From Chrysomallon squamiferum (Eukaryota > Animalia > Mollusca), in contig CM022670.1 in assembly GCA_012295275.1 (NCBI GenBank), forward strand, positions 25,172,001 through 25,236,000: a DNA stretch of 64,000 nt, read 5' to 3'. Below the pieces are notes generated by a model. The model did not search any database. It was not told the origin of the DNA and saw only the letters and a program-made list of their open reading frames with translations. Below, piece by piece: positions 48,351 to 64,000 of this stretch (positions are counted from its first letter, which is position 1; every line of letters begins with the position of its first letter). The position numbers and the translations under genes are program-made.

Positions 48351-51300
48351 GAGAGGTGGTTTAGATATTTGTGGAGATTTGTTAAAATGTGAATTAATAA
48401 TAATTAAATATTGTAATATGATTTTATTTTATTATGTTTTTCATTAAAGAATACTTAATAGTTTGTTTAATGTGGTGTATTTATAATTATTTCTAACTCT
48501 AGATAGATAATTGAAATTCATTGTTTTGTGAAGGGTATGAATGTCGAGGAATAACCTTCCGTGACTCTGCCTTGACCCCAGCTGTGTGTTGGAAGAATCA
48601 AAATCGGATTTTTATTTCTTGAAATTGGCGTCTAGAATTCTTTTATGAAACTTGGCATATATATTTATTATCATTAAATATCCGATTTCTTTTATTTTGA
48701 TTACCCGCATAAATATGCCTCGAAATTATTCTATCATCTTTTATATTTAGGTCGACGCTTCTAAATCTATTTATTCACAGTATATGACACAAGAACTCTA
48801 CTTATATTTTATGGCATTAATGAAATATATTTCTGTGCATCATATTGAATTAATTGATTAAACAACATGTATTTTTTTTCTCATAATTTAGGATTCAGAT
48901 AATTTGATAAGTAATGTTGATGGTTCACTGAATAAATAAGTAAATTTATTTTTCATTTAATTTTCTGTCTTCTTTATTATAATAAGAAATTACAGTATAA
49001 ATCAGAAATGCATGAATTAATAGTTACGTGAGTGAAAAGAAAGGGGAAAGGTAAAAGGAAAATAGATATTAATTTTAATTTTATAATTTCTTCTTATAAA
49101 GAAATCAGAAATGTAGATAACTCTTATTAATGAGTTTCGAAATGAACAGTATTGACTTTTCTTGTTTGAAACAAAATTGTATGTATATTGTTTAACATTA
49201 AATACTTCATATTTACTTGTAAATGATAAAAAATTCACAAAAAGCAAACAGATAAAAATTACTAGATAATAAATACAAATTAAACAAAGAAATCAATAAA
49301 CATATAAATAAGAAAGCATGTAAGTAGTTAATAAATAAATAAATAAATGTTTTAAAATATTTTCAAATGATTTCTCTGTGTCATATACTTTGAAAATAAA
49401 CATTATATTATCGTTGTCACACGATACTAATTACAAAATAAGACTCATTCGTTTACATCGAGTCCTGTTTAGGAGGTTTTTATGATATTTTTGTCTAAAA
49501 TGAAACACTGTTAATAGATGATACACGCTTTGCAAGCACACGGCGCCATTTTGATTTATATAACGGTAACAATAAATTAGATTCTTTACAACTAGATAAG
49601 CATAGAAACCAATGCTTATTTTTATTATTTGTTTATTTTCATTTATAAATCATTATTCATAAAATCTGAGATACAAATTTAAAGGTAATTTTTGAAAATA
49701 AATACGAATGTAAAAAGCGTCGATTAACTTTGTTTCTGACGTCATCCTTTCCCAGCACTCAATAGGACGTCAATAATTGATTGACGTCATTGAGAACAAA
49801 CACACAGTTGCGGTTTGGGCAGGGCAGAGTATTTCACCTCGTGATTGTAGTTTGAAGAAGAGAAAATATCTGTAAGTTAAACATTTCTTTATAGTCGAAG
49901 AATATAAACTGAAAATTACTGGATGTGTCACACTATTTACTGTATTATAAGATTTAAAATCAAAATAATATTCTTCGAGAGACATATTTTCACGAAACGC
50001 TTGGGTATCTGTGTTTGTGTGTTATAGAGAGAGGATGGGTATATACACGCATGTGTGGAAGGTAGTGTGCATGTGCATGATTATGTTGTTGAAGAGTGGG
50101 AAGGCATGCGAATGTGAAAGGAGGAATGGGTATATACGTGTGCATGTGTGAGAATGTGTGGGTATTTGTGTGAGTTTGAGAGAGAGGCTGGATATATACA
50201 TGCATGTTTGGAAGATTGTGTGTAGGTGCATTGCTATATGTGTTGAAGAATGGGTATACATGTGAATGTGAAAAGAGGAGTGGGCGTATACGTGTGTGTG
50301 TCTAAGAAAGTGTGGGTATGTGTGTGTGTTTGAGAGAGAGGATGGCTATATACATGCGTGTGTCGAAAATTGTGTACACGTGCATGGCTATGCGTGTGAA
50401 GTGTGGGTATGCTTGCGAATGTGAAAGGAGAAGTGGGTATGTACGTGTGCATGTGTGAGAAAGTGTGGGTATTTGTGTTTGTGTGTTTGAGAGAGGCTGA
50501 GTATATACATGCATGTGTGTAAGATAGTGCGCATGTGAATGGGTATGTGTGTTGAAGTGTGGGTATACATGCGAATGTGAAAGGAGGAGTGGATGTGCAT
50601 TTGTAAGAAAGTGTGGGTATTTGTGTTTGCATGTTTGAGAGAGAGGCTGGGTATATACATGCGTGTGTTGAAGATAGTGTGCATGTGAATGGGTGTTGGT
50701 GTTGAAGTGTGGTTACGCTTGCGAGTAGTAGGTTTATACGTGTGCATATGTGAGGAAGTGTGTATTAGAGAGAGAGAGGATAGGTATATAGATGCGTGAG
50801 TCGAAAATTGTGTGCACGTGCATGGCTGTGTGTACTGGTTTGGTTACGCTTGCGAATGTCAAAGGAGTAGTGGATGTGTACGTGTCCGTTTGGGGATATG
50901 TATTTGTGTGTTTGAGAGAGAGGCTGGGTATATATACAGGTGTGTGTTAAAGAGAGTGTGCATGGGTATGTCTTTTGAAATGTGGGTATGTCTGTTGAAG
51001 TGTGGAAGGAAGAGTGGATATGTTGGTGTGTACATGTAAGAAAGTGTGGGTATTTGTGTTTTTGTGTTGGAGAGAGAGTATTGTTATGTACGTGTGTGAG
51101 TGTGTGCGAAAGATAGTGTGTATGTGAGTTAAGATAGGTATGTAGGCTAATGTGAAAGATGTAGTGTGTATGTGAGTTAAGATAGTATGTAGGCTAATGT
51201 GAAAGATAGTGTGTATGTGAGTTAAGATAGGTATGTAGGTTAATGTGAAAGATGTAGTGTGTATGTGAGTTAGGATAGGTATGTAGGTTAATGTGAAAGA

Positions 51301-54300
51301 TGTAGTGTGTATGTGAGTTAAGATAGGTATGTAGGCTAATGTGAAAGATGTAGTGTGTATGTGAGTTAAGATAGGTATGTAGGCTAATGTGAAAGATGTA
51401 GTGTGTATGTGAGTTAAGATAGGTATGTAGGCTAATGTGAAAGATGTAGTGGGTATGTAGAGGGGTGGTTTAGATATTTGTGCAGATTTGTTAAAATGTG
51501 AATTAATAAGAATTAAATATTGTAATATAATTTTAGTTTATTATGGTTTTGTTAAAGAATAGTTAATAGTTTGTTTTAAGTGTTGTATTTATAATTATTT
51601 TTAACTCTAGATAGATATTTAAATTCAGCATTTCGTGAAGGGTATGAATGTCGAAGAATAATTAGTCTGTAACCTTCCGTGACTCTGCCTTGACCTCAAC
51701 TGTGTTGGAAGGTTCAAAATCGGATTTTTATTTTTTGGATTATTTTATGAAACTTGGCATATATATTTATTATCTTTAAATATCCGATTTCTTTTATTTT
51801 GATGAACCGCATAAATCTGCGTCGAAATTATTTTAGTATTTTTTATGTTTAGGTCGACGCTTCTAAATCTATTTATTCACAGTGTATGACACAAGAACTC
51901 TACTTATATTTTATGGCATTAAAGAAATATATTTCTGTGCATCATATTAAATTCATTGATTAAACAACATGCATTTTTTTTTCATAATTTAGGATTCAGA
52001 TAATTTGATACGTAATGTTGATGGTTCACTGAATAAATAAGTAAATTTATTTTTCATTTAATTTTCTGTCTTCTTTATTATAATAAGAAATTACAGTATA
52101 AATCAGAAATGCATGAATTAATAGTTACGTGAGTGAAAAGAAAGGGGAAAGGTAAAAGGAAAATAGATATTAATTTTAATTTTATAATTTCTTCTTATAA
52201 AGAAATCAGAAATGTAGATAACTCTTATTAATGAGTTTCGAAATGAATAGTATTGACTTTTCTTGTTTGAAACAAAATTGTATGTATATTGTTTAACATT
52301 AAATACTTCATATTTACTTGTAAATGATAAAAAATTCACAAAAAGCAAACAGATAAAAATGACTAGATAATAAATACAAATTAAACAAAGAAATCAATAA
52401 ACAAATAAATAATAAAGCATGTAAGTAGTTAATAAATAAATAAATAAATGTTTTAAAATATTTTCAAATGATTTCTCTGTGTCATATACTTTGAAAATAA
52501 ACATTATATTATCGTTGTCACACGATACTAATTACAAAATAAGACTCATTCGTTTACATCGAGTCCTGTTTAGGAGGTTTTTATGATATTTTTGTCTAAA
52601 ATGAAACACTGTTAATAGATGATACACGCTTTGCAAGCACACGGCGCCATTTTGGTTTATATAACGGTAACAATAAATTAGATTCTTTACAACTAGATAA
52701 GCATAGAAACCAATGCTTATTTTTATTATTTGTTTATTTTCATTTATAAATCATTATTCATAAAATCTGAGATACAAATTTAAAGGTAATTTTTGAAAAT
52801 AAATACGAATGTAAAAAGAGTCGATTAACTTTGTTTCTGACGTCATCATTTCCCAGCACTCAATAGGACGTCAATAATTGATTGACGTCATTGAGAACAA
52901 ACACACAGTTGCGGTTTGGGCAGGGCAGAGTATTTCACCTCGTGATTGTAGTTTGAAGAAGAGAAAATATCTGTAAGTTAAACATTTCTTTATAGTCGAA
53001 GAATATAAACTGAAAATTACTGGATGTGTCACACTATTTACTGTATTATAAGATTTAAAATCAAAATAATATTCTTCGAGAGACATATTTTCACGAAACG
53101 CTTGGGTATCTGTGTTTGTGTGTTATAGAGAGAGGATGGGTATATACACGCATGTGTGGAAGGTAGTGTGCATGTGCATGATTATGTTGTTGAAGAGTGG
53201 GAAGGCATGCGAATGTGAAAAGAGGAATGGGTATATACGTGTGCATGTGTGAGAATGTGTGGGTATTTGTGTGAGTTTGAGAGAGAGGCTGGATATATAC
53301 ATGCATGTTTGGAAGATTGTGTGTGTGGTGCATTGCTATATGTGTTGAAGAATGGGTATACATGTGAATGTGAAAAGAGGAGGGCGTATACGTGTGTGTG
53401 TCTAAGAAAGTGTGGGTATGTGTGTGTGTTTGAGAGAGAGGATGGCTATATACATGCGTGTGTCGAAAATTGTGTACACGTGCATGGCTATGCGTGTGAA
53501 GTGTGGGTATGCTTGCGGATGTGTGAAAGGAGAAGTGGGTATGTACGTGTGCATGTGTGAGAAAGTGTGGGTATTTGTGTTTGTGTGTTTGAGAGAGGCT
53601 GAGTATATACATGCATGTGTGTAAAGATATAGCGTGGGATACGCATGTGAATGGGTATGTGTGTTGAAGTGTGGGTATACATGCGAATGTGAAAGGAGGA
53701 GTGGATGTGCATTTGTAAGAAAGTGTGGGTATTTGTGTTTGCATGTTTGAGAGAGAGGCTGGGTATATACATGCGTGTGTTGAAGATAGTGTGCATGTGA
53801 ATGGGTGTTGGTGTTGAAGTGTGGTTACGCTTGCGAGTAGTAGGTTTATACGTGTGCATATGTGAGGAAGTGTGTATTAGAGAGAGAGAGGATAGGTATA
53901 TAGATACGTGAGTCGAAAATTGTGTGCACGTGCATGGCTGTGTGTACTGGTTTGGTTACGCTTGCGAATGTCAAAGGAGTAGTGGATGTGTACGTGTCCG
54001 TTTGGGGATATGTATTTGTGTGTTTGAGAGAGAGGCTGGGTATATATACAGGTGTATGTTAAAGAGAGTGTGCATGGGTATGTCTTTTGAAATGTGGGTA
54101 TGTCTGTTGAAGTGTGGAAGGAAGAGTGGATATGTTGGTGTGTACATGTAAGAAAGTGTGGGTATTTGTGTTTTTGTGTTGGAGAGAGAGTATTGTTATG
54201 TACGTGTGTGAGTGTGTGCGAAAGATAGTGTGTATGTGAGTTAGGATAGGTATGTAGGTTAATGTGAAAGATGTAGTGGGTATGTACAGTGGTGGTTTAG

Positions 54301-55452
54301 ATATTTGTGGAGATGTGTTAAAATGAATTAATAATAATTAAATATTGTAAGATAATTTTATTTTATTATGTTTTTGTTAAAGAATAGTTAATAGTTTGTC
54401 TTAAGTGTTGTATTTATAATTATTATTAACTCTCGATAGATATTTAAATTCAGCGTTTCGTGAAGGGTATGAATGTCGAGAAATAATTAGTCTGTAACCT
54501 TCCGTGACTCTGCCTTGACCTCAACTGTGTGTTGGAAGGTTCAAAATCGAATTTTTAGTTTTTGAAATTTGGCATCTAGGATTATTTTATTTCTTTTATT
54601 TTGATGAACCACACAAATCTGCGTCCTAATTATTTTAGTATTTTTTATGTTTAGACCGACGCTTCTAAATCTATTCTTTCACAGTATATGTCACAAGAAA
54701 TGTACTTATATTTTTATGACACTAAATAATATATTTTTGTGTCTACTGGATTCGTTTATTAAACAACATGCATTTTATTCATAATTTAGGATTGAAATAA
54801 TTTGAAGTAATGTTAGTGATTCATAAATAAATTAGTACATTTATTTTTCATTTAATTATCTGTCATATTTCTCAAATCGAGAAATAGCAACGTAAAGACG
54901 AAGTGGATAGTTATATGCAAATGAAGTGATAATTAAGTGACTGAAAAGACATGTAAAAGGAACATTAATATTAATTGTAATTTTATAATTTCTTCATATA
55001 AAGGTAAGAAATGTAGATAAATCTTATTAGTGAGTTACGATATGAACAAATTCACTTTTCTTCCTTCTAACTAAAATGGATATGTATTGCATAACATTAA
55101 ATACATAATATTTACTTGTAAATGATATGGAAATTCATAAAAAAGCAAATAAATAAAAATTACTAATTAAATAAATACAAATTATAAATTAAATAAGAAA
55201 ATAGGTAAGTACGTAATGAAGTATCTAAGGTGGTAAATAAATAAATAAAAGTTTTCAAATATTTTCAAATGATTTCTCTGTGTCATATACTTTGAACAAA
55301 ATTTGGATAGGTATCATTCCTCACCAAATAATCTTTAAGAAAAATATTTCACAATTTAAAGAAAGTAAGAATTTTTTGTACCTAAAATGCAGCGACAAGG
55401 AGTCACCTGGTGAGTGATGACACCCCCACCTCAGTGTGGCTAATACGGGAAC

Positions 55453-60178
<4,726 letters not shown>

Positions 60179-61033
60179 TTTCACAATGCATAAAGATATT
60201 TAAAGATACCTCAGCATAAAATTTACTTCCAACTTTCGCATATCAAAGACAGATAAATATATCAATATATTTATCAGAGTCAGAATTATAATTAATCCAT
60301 AAAATAATGATGATAATAATAATAATAGAAACCTTGCTTGGAACGATTCATCTTTTCTTTAACAAGTGTTTGTTAATGAATCTAACATTTCGGAGTAACA
60401 TGTCAAATGAAACCAGTGCTTTTCAATATAACACTGTTGTCTTGATTCTGGTGTCATGAAACGAAGTGGGTGATATATTTTTAAAAAGTGTGTATTTACA
60501 CTGAACTATGCTGTCATTAATCAGTCGACTCAATACTCGGGACAATGCAGGTCTCTTGGTCTCCTATCAGTCATTGCAGCTGCGTGAACATTAATTCCGA
60601 TAACGACCGTAATCATTGATTGAAAATCGTTTCGGAATGCAGTTCCAATGCGACCTTTGTTGTGTTAGGGGTTTTTTTGCGCACTGTTATCATGATTTAA
60701 GAGTTACACTGGGTTAATGAAACAGTAGATATTCTTTCTTGAGGTAGCTTAACCCAGTTTATTTTATACATTCGTAACGCAACAATAAAAAACATTAAAA
60801 CATAATAACTCAAATACAGGCTGTATTGTTAGGTATGTTTTTAAAATAAAGGCGAATCCACAAAACTTTAGCATATGCAAGCGGTAAAATTGTATTTATT
60901 TATTAGTTTGTTTATTTATTTATTTATTTATCATTATTGTTATTATATCCAGAAAACACACTAAAATATTTGATATTAAAACAAGTTATAGTTTAGTTAA
61001 GTGCACCGTATTACTTACTTACTTACTTACTTA

Positions 61034-61071
<38 letters not shown>

Positions 61072-62450
61072 CATCATCATCATCATCGTCATCGTCATCA
61101 TCATCATCGTCTGATCCAGTAAAACAAAAAATTTGAAATTTTTACTTTACAACAGAATATTGTATAATTCAGTCACCGTATTTATCAATGCTGATGTCAT
61201 GTACATTGAAAACACATTCCATGACCTCATTTTAGCAATAATGCATTGTACGAACCGAAGTTGTAACAAACTACTACGGAACTCTGCTCATTCCACGAGA
61301 GATAACTACCGCAAGTCACTGACTCAAACTGTCTTTTATTTATTTCGAGAACACTCGTTTTGTGAAACATCAGACTGCAATAGTACATGTGTTTGATATG
61401 TCTGGATTAAGCGTTAAAACAGCAACTTTTTTATCAAATGTACCGGTCTAATTTTGTGAGACATTTTCAAGCTACTGACATCAATCCTAAAATAATGAGA
61501 TTTAATTTAGAATCATCATCTGTCTTTAATGTGTTTTATGGTCACATTCCGCAGAGTTTTAAATTATTGGTGAAAAAGATACAGTTTTCTCTTAAAGCTA
61601 GCGACGCACTAGATTAAGCCAGAGTGAAATTTGATACTGAATTTCGGTTCTAACAACACTAAATATATTATAAGTAATATGAAAGATAAAGGGGGTGGTT
61701 TACTGACAAGAAACCAGTATTTTTGTAAAAAACAAAAAACAAAAAAAGAAGTCTATATTTTCATTTGTAAATATATAGACTTTATTTATCTGAATCAATT
61801 ATATCTCTTTAAAATCTTAGATTTAAAGAAATCACATCTATATTAAATTTAGTAAACATGCAAAACTAATATAAATCATATAATGGAATATTTAAAACTG
61901 ACCATTAAAATATAACCAACTGAAAACACTGAAATGAATACAAAATAATCTCTGTTGTTATTTCATTGTTCTGTAATTGAAAATACATTTTTTTTTTTTT
62001 TTTTTTATTGTTTATAATAGTAATACATGTTAATTATTCAAGATATGATGAGAAAGGAATATAAACACGTCAGTGAAAAACAAAAAAGTATTAATTCGTC
62101 TCTTGCTTTCTGTTTCTGTCTCGATAGCCTTCTATAGACGTAAACATTAGTTACTCAGTTTGTATCAGTCATTTATATTCACAAATATAGTAATTCATTG
62201 CTGAACTAGATGTATCTCTTATTCGTCAAATAGATAATTTTTTCAAAATATCATATTTGATTGGGCTTCTTACTTCTTTTTCTTCTTTTTTGACAGAAAA
62301 GAAATATTTTATCTGCATTCTATTAGACATAAAAGCGTGTCTGAGGGTTTTTGATAATTATTGCTAGTACTACGGTCCTGAAAGAATAGAAAATACTTAT
62401 TTTATTTGTTATCTCCCTTTAACTTCTGGAACGCAGTAAACGATGATTTT

Positions 62451-62454
<4 letters not shown>

Positions 62455-62526
<72 letters not shown>
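62455..62526. repeat. (CT)n microsatellite
   Basis: Direct. Confidence 0.95.
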
Positions 62527-62529
<3 letters not shown>

Positions 62530-63176
62530 TTCATAATTAGTTTAGCTCTATCTTTTCCCCTAATTTATGTATATTGCTGTAGTACAAACGGTTCTGTCTT
62601 AGGCAGAGAACCCGATCTCTTGTATTACCAGCTTCAACTTAGCCCTATTTTCCATTCTGGAAGGTGCTCCACTAACATGTACATCAGATTCATCTCTTTT
62701 GGATTCATGATTATAGAAATATTACAATAATACTGAAAGATTGCCTAGACGGTGCTGTGTGCTGAAGTTACCTTGCACAAAAACAACAACAACAACAAAA
62801 AATAAACCCTTTCATTAACCTGTCCCTGGTTTGCAAACTTCGGATCCCAGTTTGCTCTGATGCTGATTTTTATTTTTGAAAATGAGCTTTTATCAAGGAT
62901 TTTTTCTTTCTTTTTCAAGAAACAAGAAATTTTTGTATATTCGTGTGTGGGCACCAGGCGACAGCTGAGAACGGGAAACCAGCTGTCATAATATTCATTC
63001 TTTATTGATTAACTTTGCACATTACGGAATTATTTATTTTCAGTAACAAAATAAACAAGATTCCGCCTCCTCAAAAAAAATAAAAAATTAAAAAATTTAA
63101 AAATAAAAATAAAAACAAAAATAAAAATGAAATAAAATGAAATAAAATGAAATAAATAAATAAATAAATAAATAAG

Positions 63177-63211
<35 letters not shown>

Positions 63212-63664
63212 ATATAAAACATAAAAACAACAAGACTAAAACAAAAACAAAAACAAACAATAAGCAATTAGTATTTAAAAAAAAAAAAAAAAGTACTGCC
63301 TGTAATACTGTTAAATCCATGATCACATGAAAGGTTAAAAAAGTGAATTTTCTAGTTTTGATATAAAATTTACCGAAATATACCATTAAACAGATGAACA
63401 GCAACTATAACCAGCAGAATTATCACAAAAAACAACAGACACCGTTGCATTTACCGCTAAATGTATTACTATAACTACAACTACAACTAGTTCTACTTCT
63501 GTTACTACTACAACTGTTACTACTTCTAGAGTTATAAACATTATTACAAAAATACACAGTTGCATTGTTACTACTGCTAACAGTACTACTACTATTACCA
63601 CTACTGTTTCTATTACTACTTACTTAATCCTACTTTTCCTTCTGTTACTGTTCGTTGAGCCAAC

Positions 63665-63786
63665 TAGCGGCGGCATATCTGAAGCTCGCTCGTAACTCGG
63701 AATTTCACTCACAACTCAAAGTAAAAATCGACCAAATGACTGCCTATAACTCGGAAAACTTTTAAGTTGGGGCACTCGTAAATCGA

Positions 63787-63790
<4 letters not shown>
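63665..63790. mobile_element. Terminal fragment of a Tigger-like element related to 15331-16032
   Basis: ggcatatctgaagct...caactcaaa...ataactcgga...actcgtaa aligns by eye with 15917-16020. Confidence 0.7.

Positions 63791-63792
<2 letters not shown>

Positions 63793-63838
<46 letters not shown>
63793..63838. repeat. (GT)n microsatellite
   Basis: Direct. Confidence 0.95.
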
Positions 63839-63846
<8 letters not shown>

Positions 63847-64000
63847 TTTAATTTAATTGTTTTCTGGGGAGGGGTTGTTTTGTTTGTGTTTCTTTCGGCT
63901 GTTTTCTTTTTTCTTTTCTTTTTTTTTTTGTTATTTTCATTTTCGGTTGTTTTGTTGTTGTTTTTTGTCGAGATTTTTTTTTTTTTTTTTTTTTTTTTTT

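Noticed and set aside
31359-53086. Recurrent short ORF MSL(Q/E)EYYFDFKSYNTVNSV... in the CRE block
   Set aside because: Not intact in U2 and lacks its start in U3; no recognisable domain; recurrence is explained by the duplication
49000-54300. Near-identical 3.1-kb duplication as a pure assembly artefact
   Set aside because: The copies differ in SNPs, small indels and satellite copy number, so I treat them as real, but a haplotype join cannot be excluded without reads
62820-62990. Possible upstream non-coding exon or promoter of the LRR gene (CAG|GTTAAT donor, GC-rich patch)
   Set aside because: Cannot be linked to the gene without transcript data; no convincing TATA or RFX X-box seen

Overview
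This is AT-rich, microsatellite-rich animal genomic DNA; a mollusc is my unverified guess. The ORF track is mostly low-complexity noise, so I assembled genes by hand from splice sites and reading-frame phase. (1) 1.1-28.4 kb, minus strand: a complete thioester-containing protein gene (TEP/CD109/alpha-2-macroglobulin family) with ~38 coding exons and ~1450 aa. It has a signal peptide, FPETWLW, an intact GCGEQ thioester, Asp at the expected catalytic-His position and a Cys-rich C-terminus. It also has one GC-AG intron, two candidate mutually exclusive bait-region exons, an internally deleted Tigger/pogo element, and a 1.3-kb minisatellite made of ~30 copies of one of its own splice acceptors. 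(2) 30.7-55.6 kb: five tandem 3-8 kb units, each with a conserved CRE-rich block, strand-biased GT-rich satellites (~153, 72 and 48 bp monomers) and a conserved hairpin block. Three units also carry a nearly invariant, structured ~120-nt GC-rich element. (3) 55.5-60.2 kb, minus strand: an LRRC74-like leucine-rich repeat gene whose 3' end runs into the array. No database searches or folding programs were run. Repeat boundaries are approximate.
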